Shown here one piece after another: positions 8,660-20,193 of a stretch of 64,000 nucleotides of DNA. Numbering within the stretch: the stretch's first letter is position 1; each line of letters opens with the position of its first letter. A program made the position numbers and the translations under genes. Under the pieces are notes generated by a model that did not search any database, was not told the DNA's origin, and was given only the letters and a program-made list of their open reading frames with translations. This DNA is from an uncultured Gammaproteobacteria bacterium. Its GTDB lineage: Bacteria; Patescibacteriota; Microgenomatia; Levybacterales; UBA12049. The stretch lies in NCBI GenBank assembly GCA_964474445.1, contig CAYYSJ010000002.1:53610-117609 (forward strand). The letters run 5' to 3'.

Positions 8660-10453
8660 ATGCATGACCAAACACTAGTTAGAAATTTTGCAATAATAGC
8701 TCATATAGACCATGGTAAATCTACTCTGTCCGATCGGTTTTTAGAAATTACCGGTACGGTCAGAAAAGATATTCTTGGTAAACAAGAGCAATTTTTGGAT
8801 CAAAATCCAATTTCGAGAGAACGTGGTATTACCATCAAATTGGCTCCAGTAAGGATGTTTTATACTCCAAAAGAAATCCTGAAACAAACTCAGGATGAAA
8901 AGCTGAGTGCTTTGGGAATTAATTCAACATATATGTTGAATTTAATTGATACGCCTGGTCATGTAGATTTTTCTTACGAAGTCTCGCGCACCTTAGCTGC
9001 GTGTGAAGGAGTTATTCTTTTGGTTGACGCAACAAAAGGTGTACAAGCGCAGACAGTGGCTCATTTGCGTGCAGCACAAAAGCAAAATCTAGTCATTGTT
9101 CCCGCCATTAACAAAATTGATATGGACGGTGCAGAAGTCGAAAAGACGCTTAAGCAACTTGAGGTTTTGGGATTTGAGCCAACTACTATTCTTAAAATTT
9201 CTGCAAAGACAGGACAAGGAGTTGAAGAACTGTTGCAAAAAGCGATTATGAAGATTCCTTCTCCCCATGGATCTGCAGATAAAAATCTTCGTGCCCTTAT
9301 CTTTGATGCTGTATACGATGAACATCGGGGAGTTGTTGCTTTTGTGCGATTAATGGACGGAAAGGTAAAAACAAATGACAGTATAGCACTCGTCCAGACT
9401 GCAACCAAAACAAATGCGATTGATGTTGGACATTTTACGCCACAGCTTGTTAGTTCAGGTAATTTATCAGCAGGGGAAATTGGATACGTTGTGACAGGAG
9501 TCAAAGATATCCGTTTCGTTCGAGTAGGAGATACGATTGAACTCAACAATTTTCCTGTTGAACCACTTCCTGGATATACGACACCAAAGCCTATGGTTTT
9601 CTTTGGTGTGTATCCAAAGTCAACGGATGAGTTAGTACCTCTTCGGGAGGCACTGGGGAAATTGGCGCTCATTGATGCATCGTTAACATTTAATGAGGAA
9701 TATTCATCTTTTTTAGGGAGTGGATTTCGTGTTGGCTTTTTGGGATTATTGCATGCAGATATTTTTAAGCAGCGATTACAAAGGGAATATAACCTTGATC
9801 CATTATTTACCTTGCCACATGTAAATTATGAAAAAGAGGGTGTTGGGCAAGAAGTTCGTTATAAAGAGCCATACATGCATTTATCTGTTTTTGTTCCAGC
9901 AGAATATTTAGGTGGAGTCATGACAGTGTGCCAGAAAAGGAGGGGGGAAATGACACACATGGAATATCAGGACACCAATGTTATTCTAGAATATGATATG
10001 CCATATGCAATGTTTATTCGTGGATTGTCCAATGATTTAAAAACAGTTTCTAGCGGGTTTGCAAGTGTTGATTACGAGCTGACAGAATATAGAGACGCAG
10101 AGCTAGTAGAAGTAGGTGTTCAGATAAATGAAATACCAATTGATGTTCTCTCAGAGCTGACATACAGGGAAGATGCTGAATATTTGGCACGACTGAAAGC
10201 AGAAAAGCTTAAAGAAAGTCTCCCTCGTCAACAGTATCGTCAAGTTATTCAGTGTTTCGTTGGTGGACGCATTTTAGCGAGAGAAGAAATTGCACCATAC
10301 AGAAAAGATGTGCTTGCAAAGATGAGTGGCGGAGATAGAACGAGAAAAGATAAATTATTAGAAGCACAGAAAAAAGGGAAAAAGAAAATGTTTGGTATTT
10401 CAAAAGTGGAAGTTCCTCAAGAAGCTCTTTTTGAAATGATGAAAGGAAGCTAA
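8660..10453 (+). CDS. lepA: Elongation factor 4 (LepA)
   Basis: IIAHIDHGKSTL, RERGITIK, DTPGHVDF, GFLGLLH, RKDVLAK..GGD..RK.KLL. Confidence 0.97.
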   Translation: MHDQTLVRNFAIIAHIDHGKSTLSDRFLEITGTVRKDILGKQEQFLDQNPISRERGITIKLAPVRMFYTPKEILKQTQDEKLSALGINSTYMLNLIDTPGHVDFSYEVSRTLAACEGVILLVDATKGVQAQTVAHLRAAQKQNLVIVPAINKIDMDGAEVEKTLKQLEVLGFEPTTILKISAKTGQGVEELLQKAIMKIPSPHGSADKNLRALIFDAVYDEHRGVVAFVRLMDGKVKTNDSIALVQTATKTNAIDVGHFTPQLVSSGNLSAGEIGYVVTGVKDIRFVRVGDTIELNNFPVEPLPGYTTPKPMVFFGVYPKSTDELVPLREALGKLALIDASLTFNEEYSSFLGSGFRVGFLGLLHADIFKQRLQREYNLDPLFTLPHVNYEKEGVGQEVRYKEPYMHLSVFVPAEYLGGVMTVCQKRRGEMTHMEYQDTNVILEYDMPYAMFIRGLSNDLKTVSSGFASVDYELTEYRDAELVEVGVQINEIPIDVLSELTYREDAEYLARLKAEKLKESLPRQQYRQVIQCFVGGRILAREEIAPYRKDVLAKMSGGDRTRKDKLLEAQKKGKKKMFGISKVEVPQEALFEMMKGS

Positions 10454-10459
10454 ACTTCG

Positions 10460-11587
10460 TTACAACCCTACTACCAGTGCTACTCCCAAGACCGTTAAAA
10501 CTGCTCCGCCAATCCCTACAAAAAGAATCGTTTGGCCAGGGCCTGTTGGAGGGAGATTTCCATTTACTCCGCTGCCGACAGTAATCGTTTGCGAACAAGA
10601 AGCAGGATTACTTACATTGCCCGAGGATGTTGTGAGTGTAGCGGTTGCTGTAAAAGTACCATTCCCGCTGTAGGTATGGGGCGTTTGAGCATTGACATTA
10701 CCAGTACCAATTCCAGAACCGCTTGCAACAGTGTCAACAAGCCCATCACCATAGTTAAGAGCAATTTTTGTAATGCTGTCGTTGGTTGCATTTCCTGTCG
10801 TGGTAAAGGTAACATTCAGTGGTGCATTTCCTTTGGTTACACTTGCCGCAAGACTACTGCAGGTAACAGAAATATTTGCACCATTTGTGGTGGACCCACC
10901 GCCAGTCCCTCCTGATCCACCTGAACTTCCCGACCCACCACCAGTCCCTCCTCCGCCACCCGATGTTCCTCCGCTACCAGGTGTTGGTGTTGCAGTTCCA
11001 CCGCCTGCAGATGCTGTCCCTATGGTTATTAATCCGTCTTGTCCTGCTTGGAAGACATTTTCTGCTGCTTGATCTCCTGCTGCTGTTGAGAGTGCTTGGT
11101 TTTGGCCATTAACAAAACTTATTTTCGTTGGGGTTCCTGGATCAGTGTTTGCTTTTGCAGTGAGTTTGATACTTGCTATCTTTGCACGCGATTTAATAAT
11201 GGCATTATCGTTCTGACCAACAGAAAGAGTAAAGCTTACCTGACAAAGACTGCTATCGTTGCAGGTAATGGTTGGTTTTTCAAGTACGGTATACGTTGTA
11301 CTGTCAATGGTAACTGGGTTATCGCTTGCTTTCGTTAACTTCGTTCCGTCATATGTAAAAGTAGCTTTGACGAAAGATACTGCATTGACTCCTTGTGGGT
11401 CAACAATAATGGGAATGTCCATACTGTCTCCAACATTGACAGGACTTGCAGGTACGGTAAAGGAAAATTTGGTTGAAGCTGCAGCACCACTTTTAGTTTG
11501 AGTTTGATTTTGGAGAACAAAAATAGCAAGGGGAAGGCCAACAAGGAGTGTTAATCCAAGTCCCAGTAATATAAGTTTCTTAATCAT
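10460..11587 (-). CDS. Surface protein with cohesin-like and PKD domains, Gly/Ser linker and C-terminal LPPTG plus TM
   Basis: Start re-called at MIKKLILL; PKD motif NYGDG...HTYSGNGTFTATAT. Confidence 0.75.
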   Translation of the reverse strand: MIKKLILLGLGLTLLVGLPLAIFVLQNQTQTKSGAAASTKFSFTVPASPVNVGDSMDIPIIVDPQGVNAVSFVKATFTYDGTKLTKASDNPVTIDSTTYTVLEKPTITCNDSSLCQVSFTLSVGQNDNAIIKSRAKIASIKLTAKANTDPGTPTKISFVNGQNQALSTAAGDQAAENVFQAGQDGLITIGTASAGGGTATPTPGSGGTSGGGGGTGGGSGSSGGSGGTGGGSTTNGANISVTCSSLAASVTKGNAPLNVTFTTTGNATNDSITKIALNYGDGLVDTVASGSGIGTGNVNAQTPHTYSGNGTFTATATLTTSSGNVSNPASCSQTITVGSGVNGNLPPTGPGQTILFVGIGGAVLTVLGVALVVGL

Positions 11588-11666
11588 AATACTAGCATAC
11601 AACGATAAGAAACAAATACGCAAATAATTAAATAATAAAAAATGAATAGCAATCAAGAAAGGGGGC

Positions 11667-11724
11667 TTGACAAAAAATATCAAAGTCTGGTATAAAATTA
11701 GCAGTCACTCACCCTGAGTGATTT
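11667..11724 (+). promoter_or_regulatory. Sigma70 promoter (TTGACA...TATAAA) and degenerate CIRCE element for groESL
   Basis: TTAGCAGTC-N9-GAGTGATTT at 11698-11724 versus consensus TTAGCACTC-N9-GAGTGCTAA; hrcA is present in the window. Confidence 0.75.
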
Positions 11725-11777
11725 CAAGGTTCTTGCTCTGAGTTTAATTAGAGCTGCCCCAGAATCTGAAAATAACT

Positions 11778-12068
11778 ATGAACGTAAAACCTTTATTTGA
11801 TAATGTCCTTATTGAGCCTTTAGAAGCAGAAGAAAAAACAGCAAGTGGCATTATTTTACCAGAGACAGCAAAAGAGAAGCCACAAATGGGTAAAGTTGTT
11901 GCAGTTGGTGAAGGAAAGTTTGATGAGGATGGAAAGCATATAAAGGTGTCTGTCAAAGTTGGTGACACTGTTATGTACAAAAAATGGGGTGGAGAAGACG
12001 TTGTTGTTGAAGGAAAAGATATGGTAATGGTTGAAGAAAAAAATATTTTAGCAGTTGTTTCAAAATAA
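11778..12068 (+). CDS. groES: Co-chaperonin GroES
   Basis: VKPLFDNVLI, TASGIILP, VVAVGEG. Confidence 0.97.
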   Translation: MNVKPLFDNVLIEPLEAEEKTASGIILPETAKEKPQMGKVVAVGEGKFDEDGKHIKVSVKVGDTVMYKKWGGEDVVVEGKDMVMVEEKNILAVVSK

Positions 12069-13715
<1,647 letters not shown>

Positions 13716-13753
13716 AGCAACGTAAAGCTAAAAAAGGCAGCTTTGAAAATTAT

Positions 13754-13773
13754 CCGCCATCAGGCGGTTTTTT
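13754..13773 (+). terminator. Intrinsic terminator after groEL
   Basis: CCGCC-ATCA-GGCGG followed by T6. Confidence 0.75.
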
Positions 13774-13790
13774 GATGGAAATCTAAGGCC

Positions 13791-14177
13791 TTAATGCAAG
13801 ACAATTGAGTAAGTTTTTATCAATTTTATTTTTGCATGTTTGCTGTGACTGTTGAATGTATACATGTTGCAAAAAGCAACCGATCCGCCATCTTCAAATT
13901 TCAATATTCCATTAGCTGCTACACGATCACCATGACTAACAATATTTTCAAAAGCTAATTCTGTAACTTTTGATCTCTTAGCATCTTCTGTCAAAAGACG
14001 TTCTACTGCTTCCTGCCCTTGTACTGTCTTATATCCTGGTATCTCCAGGCAAATATCATCTGTAAGCATATCCATAACAGTTTTTATATCTCCATGTACA
14101 TTTGCAACACAGAAATCTTTTATAAATCGTCTTTTGGGAGCATTATCACAATCTGCAGGAACAGTAATTTTGACCAT
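13791..14177 (-). CDS. SnoaL-like/NTF2 family protein
   Basis: 128 aa; NAPKRRFIKDF, VSHGDRVAANG pattern. Confidence 0.75.
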   Translation of the reverse strand: MVKITVPADCDNAPKRRFIKDFCVANVHGDIKTVMDMLTDDICLEIPGYKTVQGQEAVERLLTEDAKRSKVTELAFENIVSHGDRVAANGILKFEDGGSVAFCNMYTFNSHSKHAKIKLIKTYSIVLH

Positions 14178-14286
14178 ACATCCATCATATCAAATTTTTG
14201 TATAGGGATATTCAGAATGAAAATGGTTTTGAGGTGTTACACATGAATGATTCAGACCTAAAATGAATACAAATTATTTGTAAATG

Positions 14287-14673
14287 CTAAATGACCTGTA
14301 TTTCTATATCTCTTTTTCTTGGACCATCCAGCTCCACTAACACTACTCTTTGCCAAACACCAAGTGTTAATTGCTGTTGTTGAAAAGGAATTGTCAAAGA
14401 GGGACCAATAATAGATGAAAGAATATGATCAGGAGCATGAGATGGATCATGGGGATGACGATATTGCATTTGTGGCAACATGCCTCTTAGTGCATCTAAA
14501 AAATCCAAATCAGTTCCTGGATCTAAATCAGCAGTAGTGACAGCGCATGTTGTATGTTTTATAAAAATTGTTACTACACCGCTTTCTTTTGCTTCTTTTT
14601 CCAAAACTTCTTCTATGTCATCCGTTATATCAATAATTTCGTCTTTTTGAGTTGTTTGGATAGTTATCTGCAT
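14287..14673 (-). CDS. yjbQ: YjbQ (UPF0047) family protein
   Basis: HTTCAV, HAPDHILSSIIG, LGVWQRVVLVELDGPR. Confidence 0.9.
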   Translation of the reverse strand: MQITIQTTQKDEIIDITDDIEEVLEKEAKESGVVTIFIKHTTCAVTTADLDPGTDLDFLDALRGMLPQMQYRHPHDPSHAPDHILSSIIGPSLTIPFQQQQLTLGVWQRVVLVELDGPRKRDIEIQVI

Positions 14674-14675
14674 GT

Positions 14676-15152
14676 CTATCTATTCCAATTATCCATAACT
14701 TGCCTCATGATTGCAAATTCTCCAACATGGTAAGCAGTATGATCAGCTACCAGCAAAAACTCTCTCATATATGTTTGTCCTGTCCCATGAGGAATTCTTT
14801 CTGTAAGATTCATATGAGGATCCATGACCATAATGGTGAGTTGTTGTAAATCGTCAAAATATTGCTTGAGAGTATTTTCCCAAATTTCCCTTGTTGCTTT
14901 CTCATCTTTTGTTGGCCAGTAATCTGTTGGCCATTCCATCTCAACATAATGCGGATTAATTATAAAATCCAAAATATCATGTTGAGTCCGACGAATATGT
15001 TCTAGTACATGCCAGGGAGTATAGGTTCCTTGAGGGAAGACAATGTTCATAGCACTTTCAGGAAAATCTTTCGTTGCATCAACAATAGTCATATGTGCTT
15101 GTCCCTTTGTGAGAAGATCAGTTATTTGTTCTCTCACCACACCCTCATCCAT
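14676..15152 (-). CDS. DinB family protein
   Basis: WHVLEHIR...ADHTAYHVGE His motifs. Confidence 0.85.
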   Translation of the reverse strand: MDEGVVREQITDLLTKGQAHMTIVDATKDFPESAMNIVFPQGTYTPWHVLEHIRRTQHDILDFIINPHYVEMEWPTDYWPTKDEKATREIWENTLKQYFDDLQQLTIMVMDPHMNLTERIPHGTGQTYMREFLLVADHTAYHVGEFAIMRQVMDNWNR

Positions 15153-15240
15153 ATGTTCTTTCTACTCTTTCAATGTAATAAATGCAAGTGGAGTCAATCG
15201 GTCGGTTGACATTTATTACCAATACTGAAATACTTAAAGA

Positions 15241-16203
15241 ATGGATGGACAAAATACTAATCCACAAACCCCACAAGCAAATACACCAACGAATCCAGAA
15301 GTATCTGAGACACAAACCTCTGCAGTAGCTCAACCTGCTCAAAATCAAGAGCAGCTTTCTGTTGCATCACAATCTCCTGCAGAATCAAGCACCGGATCAA
15401 CTTCCACTGAACAGAATACCACTACACCTGTAAGCCCAACTCCTTCCTCTGGATCTGAACCAGTGCAAGCTTCTACTCCACAAAGCCAAACCCCTCAAGA
15501 AACACCCGCTTCGGCAACACAACCAGAACCAACACCTGTTGCAGTAACTCCAATGACCCAACAGCCTGTCGTGGGAACACCGGATTCTCTGCAACAGGCA
15601 GCTGGAGTACCAGCTGTTCCTCCAACTCCAAAAAAGGGCATTAGCATTTGGCTTGTGTTGTCATTTATCGTTCTGCTTTTTGCAGGAATAGGAGGCCTTT
15701 ATTTTTATATGGTAAATAATATGCAGTCAATTCCAACAGTACCTAGACTTGCTTACCCAAACAAAGCCACCAAACCCACAGTTGCTGTTAATTTGTCTCC
15801 TTCTCCTTCCAGTACACAAAGCGCTGTAGGACAGGGAAGTGTGAGTGGCACGCTCTGTTATCCATCAAGCACTATCCCAGCTGGGACAATTACTGCAAAA
15901 GATATGACAACAAATAAATTGTATACGCAAGCATATGCAGGATCCGGGGCAGCAGGAAGTACAACATATACGTTTTCATTGCCAATCGGTATGTATTATC
16001 TCAAATTTACTCCAACACAGAATCAAACTGTTGTGGGATATTATACAGATTATTCAAGCTGTGTTGGCAATTCAACAAATCCAAATTGCTCAGGGCAAAA
16101 GTTGCGACCTCTTCTCGCTGCCACGGTCTCAGCAAATATGACAGTACAAAACATAAATTTGTGTGATTATTATTATCCAACGAACACTCCTCCACAATTC
16201 TAG
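15241..16203 (+). CDS. Bitopic membrane protein: Q/P/T/S-rich disordered N-terminus, one TM, 4-Cys C-terminal domain
   Basis: 320 aa ORF with low-complexity N-terminus; TTGACA-17-AATACT promoter upstream. Confidence 0.75.
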   Translation: MDGQNTNPQTPQANTPTNPEVSETQTSAVAQPAQNQEQLSVASQSPAESSTGSTSTEQNTTTPVSPTPSSGSEPVQASTPQSQTPQETPASATQPEPTPVAVTPMTQQPVVGTPDSLQQAAGVPAVPPTPKKGISIWLVLSFIVLLFAGIGGLYFYMVNNMQSIPTVPRLAYPNKATKPTVAVNLSPSPSSTQSAVGQGSVSGTLCYPSSTIPAGTITAKDMTTNKLYTQAYAGSGAAGSTTYTFSLPIGMYYLKFTPTQNQTVVGYYTDYSSCVGNSTNPNCSGQKLRPLLAATVSANMTVQNINLCDYYYPTNTPPQF

Positions 16204-16307
16204 AACATTTGAATTGATGGACATGTTTTATTCCATTCTTAAGCACTGTATCTAGCTTCCAATTTCCAATATCTAATTTCAAAACTTTTTTATGCTATAA
16301 TTTCCCC

Positions 16308-17246
16308 ATGTTACAACAAGATTTTCAAGTACTTCTGTATTACAAATATGTAGATATCAAAAATCCAGAAGAAGTCAGAGACGAGCAGAAAAAAATCTGC
16401 AATCTATTAGGCCTGAAAGGTCGTATTATTGTCGCATATGAAGGGATTAATGGCACTTTGGAAGGGACAATTGAAGCAACTGAAAAATACATCGAGGAAA
16501 TGGAAAAAAGCATATATTTTCAGGGTATTACCTATAAAAAGAGTGTCAGTATAGGAAATGCATTTCCCAAGCTATCTATTAAAGTAAGACCAGAAGTTGT
16601 AACAGCGCGGATGCCAGGACTCAATCCGAACTACGTAACTGGCAAACATTTGCCAGCAGAAGAATTGCATAAGTGGTTTGAGGGAAAACGGGAGTTCTAT
16701 ATTGTTGACATGCGGAATGATTATGAATACGCTTCGGGATATTTTGAAGGAAGTATTTTTTCAGGGATGCATAATTTCTATGATTTAGCGGAGGTGCTTC
16801 CAAGACTAGAACACTTAAAAAATAAAACAATAGTAACGGTATGTACTGGAGGAATCAGATGTGAGAAAGCATCAGGATTTTTAGTTGATAATGGATTTGC
16901 TGATGTGTATCAGCTCCAAGATGGTATTCAAACGTATATGGAAAAATACCCCAATGAGCATTTTAAAGGAAAGCTTTATGTATTTGATGGGAGAATTACC
17001 ATAGGATTTAATACTGATAGTGTAGATCATGAAATTGTTGGGACATGTATGCATTGTGGGGTAATTTGTGACAGTTATGTCAATTGTGAATATGATGTCT
17101 GTCATCGTCACTACATTTGTTGTGAGAATTGCAAGGATAGTGAGAGTGGGTTTGCTTTTTGTAACAGTGATTGTAAAGAAAAATATCTTTCGAGCAAACA
17201 GGTAAGAAAAAATTCTTCTGCAAAAACTTCTCCACTATCTCTATAA
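16308..17246 (+). CDS. trhO: Rhodanese-related tRNA U34 hydroxylase TrhO (YceA/UPF0176)
   Basis: LLYYKY, GRIIVAYEGINGT, DMRNDYE, CTGGIRCEK, GKLYVFD. Confidence 0.9.
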   Translation: MLQQDFQVLLYYKYVDIKNPEEVRDEQKKICNLLGLKGRIIVAYEGINGTLEGTIEATEKYIEEMEKSIYFQGITYKKSVSIGNAFPKLSIKVRPEVVTARMPGLNPNYVTGKHLPAEELHKWFEGKREFYIVDMRNDYEYASGYFEGSIFSGMHNFYDLAEVLPRLEHLKNKTIVTVCTGGIRCEKASGFLVDNGFADVYQLQDGIQTYMEKYPNEHFKGKLYVFDGRITIGFNTDSVDHEIVGTCMHCGVICDSYVNCEYDVCHRHYICCENCKDSESGFAFCNSDCKEKYLSSKQVRKNSSAKTSPLSL

Positions 17247-17332
17247 AGTTTGTCGTCTCTGATTTTTATCACTGACATAATTCATTCTAAATTTTATCTT
17301 TGCTATAATACATGCAGGTATATGAGATAATT

Positions 17333-18475
17333 ATGAAATTATATCCTTTTATTGCATTCCTACTCCTTTTTCTCCTTCTTCCATTTTCTGTTTTTGCTGC
17401 TGATCAGCAAACAGTTATTCTTTCTAAGAATGAAACAGTAAATCATGATTATTTTGCTACAGGAGGAAGTGTTGATATTGCAGGAACAGTCAATGGTGAT
17501 GTCTATGCTGGAGGAGGTAATGTGTTAATTGATGGGACAGTGAATGGTGATGTCCTTGCTGCAGGTGGACAAGTAACAGTAAGGGGAACTGTTCAGAATA
17601 TACGAGTAGCCGGAGGACAAATTGTTATTGACGGCAAGGTCAATGGAAATGTGACTGCTCTTGGAGGGAACATAACGACAACAGACACATCCACTATTAG
17701 CGGAGGCCTTGTTGGTGCAGGGGGACAATATAATTTACTTGGGCCTGTTGGTAAAACCGTCTCCATTGCATCTGGTCAAATAACTCTTGGAAGTATGATC
17801 GGAAGCGATGTCTGGCTGAATAGTCAAACTATTATCCTTACTCCCCAGGCAAAAGTAAATGGAAATGTTTCTTATGTCAGTCCACAGAATGCCCAGATCG
17901 CAAATGGTGCTATTATCAGTGGAAAAGTAAGTCACTCTTTTCCTCCTCAAAAACAGGAAAGACATGCGCGTGGTCTTATTGCAGCACTGGCAGGGCTTCG
18001 AATAGGTGTATCTATCGTGAGCTTTTTAGTAAGTCTTGTCTTTGGACTTTTATTGTTTCTCCTGATTCCTGTATATTCTGAAAGGATAACAGAACATATT
18101 TCACGCCATCCCTGGCAATCACTTCTTGTAGGAATTGTTGGTTGGGTACTCACACCTCTCGCCATTATTCTCCTTACAATAACACTTATTGGTATTCCAT
18201 TTGCAGTGGTTGTAGGCATTGCGATAGGTATCCTTTCCTATATTGGAAAAATCCTTGCGGCGGTTGTTATTGGACAATGGATAGTAGCACGGTTTGATAA
18301 ACGGAAAAATAATATTGTTGCACTCTTGGTTGGACTAATCGCAGTTGAGATAGTTGGACTTATTCCTGTCCTGGGTTGGTTATTTGCGTTTATCGTTGCA
18401 GCCATCGGATTTGGTGCAGTACTTTTTATGGAGAGAATATACTATACAGAATTTCGAGCGAAAAAACTCATTTAA
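17333..18475 (+). CDS. Beta-helix (bactofilin/polymer-forming-like) repeat protein with C-terminal TM bundle
   Basis: Signal peptide, G.VNGDV.A.GG repeats, about 5 TM at C-terminus. Confidence 0.75.
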   Translation: MKLYPFIAFLLLFLLLPFSVFAADQQTVILSKNETVNHDYFATGGSVDIAGTVNGDVYAGGGNVLIDGTVNGDVLAAGGQVTVRGTVQNIRVAGGQIVIDGKVNGNVTALGGNITTTDTSTISGGLVGAGGQYNLLGPVGKTVSIASGQITLGSMIGSDVWLNSQTIILTPQAKVNGNVSYVSPQNAQIANGAIISGKVSHSFPPQKQERHARGLIAALAGLRIGVSIVSFLVSLVFGLLLFLLIPVYSERITEHISRHPWQSLLVGIVGWVLTPLAIILLTITLIGIPFAVVVGIAIGILSYIGKILAAVVIGQWIVARFDKRKNNIVALLVGLIAVEIVGLIPVLGWLFAFIVAAIGFGAVLFMERIYYTEFRAKKLI

Positions 18476-19571
18476 CAATTTGTTCCCAGGGAAATCCTTT
18501 TCGTCCAAAGTGGCCATACGCAGCAGTCTTTTTATATAGAGGTTTTCGTAAATCAAGTCGTTTAAGAATACCACTTACAGATGTGTCTAAAAGTTCTTTC
18601 ATAAAATGTTTGATAACCTTGTCGCTCTTTTTAGCAGTTCCAAACGTCTCGATGTCTTGCATAACAGGATGTTTGACTCCAATACAGTAAGCAAGTCTCA
18701 CCTCACATTTTTCAGCCAACTTATGGGCAACGATATTTTTTGCTAAAAACCGTGCAGCATATGCTGCAGACCTATCTACTTTTGTTGGGTCTTTTCCAGA
18801 AAAGGCACCACCACCAATTCGTGCATAGCCTCCATATGTGTCAACAACAATTTTTCTGCCAGTTACCCCAGTATCGCTTGCAGGTCCTCCAATGTGCCAT
18901 ACGCTTGTTCCATTGACAATCAGTTGGTCTTTTTTAATAGCAAATCCATATTTTTTGAGAAGTGGTGAAACTACTTTTTGGTACAAATCATGCTCTACTT
19001 CAGGAAGTGTGACTTTCTCATCATGAGGAACGGCAATAACAACTGTAGTAACTCCTATTGGTTTGCCATTGTTATACTCAACAGTTACTTGTGTTTTGCC
19101 ATCTGGTCGAAGATAAGGTATTTTTTTTGATGTTCGTGCTGTATCCAGTTTTTCAGCAAGTCGATGCGCAAGGGTGATGGGGAGAGGCATCAGCTCTGGT
19201 GTCTCGTTACAAGCAAATCCAAACATCATTCCTTGATCTCCTGCCCCTTCATTATCAACACCAACTGCTATTTCAGGAGATTGCTCATGGATATATACCT
19301 CAACAGAAGATTTATAGGTAAAACGGAAAAGAGGATTGGTATATCCCAAGTCCTTTATGACATTTCGTGCGACTTTCTCAAAGTGTACTTTTGCATTAGC
19401 TGTAACTTCTCCGGCCAACACAATTTTTTCTTCAGTCACCAATGTCTCAACAGCAACTCGTCCTTTAGAATCTTCTCTCAGTACAGCATCCACTATCGCA
19501 TCGCTGACCTGATCACAAATCTTATCAGGGTGTCCACTACAAACTGACTCTGATGTAAAAATACTGCTCAT
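18468..19571 (-). CDS. metK: S-adenosylmethionine synthetase
   Basis: FTSESV..GHPDK, GAGDQG, GGGAFSGKDPTKVDRS; start at MSSIF (the upstream ORF extension is riboswitch sequence). Confidence 0.97.
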   Translation of the reverse strand: MSSIFTSESVCSGHPDKICDQVSDAIVDAVLREDSKGRVAVETLVTEEKIVLAGEVTANAKVHFEKVARNVIKDLGYTNPLFRFTYKSSVEVYIHEQSPEIAVGVDNEGAGDQGMMFGFACNETPELMPLPITLAHRLAEKLDTARTSKKIPYLRPDGKTQVTVEYNNGKPIGVTTVVIAVPHDEKVTLPEVEHDLYQKVVSPLLKKYGFAIKKDQLIVNGTSVWHIGGPASDTGVTGRKIVVDTYGGYARIGGGAFSGKDPTKVDRSAAYAARFLAKNIVAHKLAEKCEVRLAYCIGVKHPVMQDIETFGTAKKSDKVIKHFMKELLDTSVSGILKRLDLRKPLYKKTAAYGHFGRKGFPWEQIVK

Positions 19572-19607
19572 ATGCTTAGACTCCTTTTTCGTCTTCCTTT
19601 TGATTAC

Positions 19608-19631
19608 AAAAAAACCTCTCTTTCGAGAGGT
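19608..19631 (-). terminator. Intrinsic terminator in the metK leader
   Basis: ACCTCTC-GAAA-GAGAGGT followed by a U tract on the minus strand. Confidence 0.85.
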
Positions 19632-19650
19632 ACATGTTTGTTCTACATCT

Positions 19651-19737
19651 GGAACCACATTTTCCTCTCGGATTCTGGGCACCGTGTCAATAAGGTCGGT
19701 TGCCGGATAGGTCTGGCCTATCTCTCTGAATGTTCTA
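19651..19737 (-). ncRNA. SAM-I/IV-type riboswitch
   Basis: ACAUUCAGAG-P2(GAUAGG/CCUAUC)-CGGCAACC...CGGUGCC...CCGAGAGG-AAAAUGU upstream of metK. Confidence 0.8.
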
Positions 19738-19840
19738 GGATAAAGTAAAGCAGAAATGTAAAAAGATTGCAAGAGACTAAATGAAAAATACTAAATGTGT
19801 TTCAGGTGTTAGGGAGTCGTATGCTTCACCAAAAAATATT

Positions 19841-20107
19841 CTACTCCTGCTTAGTTTTTCTTCCTCTGAGAATATCAGCAAACTTATCAAGAGCACTACT
19901 CGCTGCCGCAGCTCCCAAATCAGATGCTGCTTCTTTTGGGTGTTTTATAAAAGTACGTAGATCATCAAGCCTCTCTTCAATTTTCTTTTGGATAGCAACA
20001 AATTTCTTCCATATATAAATAAGGAGAACAACGATGGCAATCAGAAGAATTGTATACAACGTCATGCAAATAATTCCAACAATATAAAATGTGTTTGCAA
20101 GATTCAT
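19841..20107 (-). CDS. Small membrane protein (TM + coiled coil)
   Basis: ORF from MNLANTFY with one long TM. Confidence 0.65.
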   Translation of the reverse strand: MNLANTFYIVGIICMTLYTILLIAIVVLLIYIWKKFVAIQKKIEERLDDLRTFIKHPKEAASDLGAAAASSALDKFADILRGRKTKQE

Positions 20108-20193
20108 ACTACATTTTTTTAGCAAGAAGGTATGCAAACGGATTGAAAAGAAAGTAAGAATAACGGAAGAAGGTAGTCTGCTATAATAATTTT

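Noticed and set aside
19572-19772. 67-aa N-terminal extension of MetK in the ORF track
   Set aside because: It overlaps the SAM riboswitch and terminator; MetK homology starts at MSSIFTSESV (19571)
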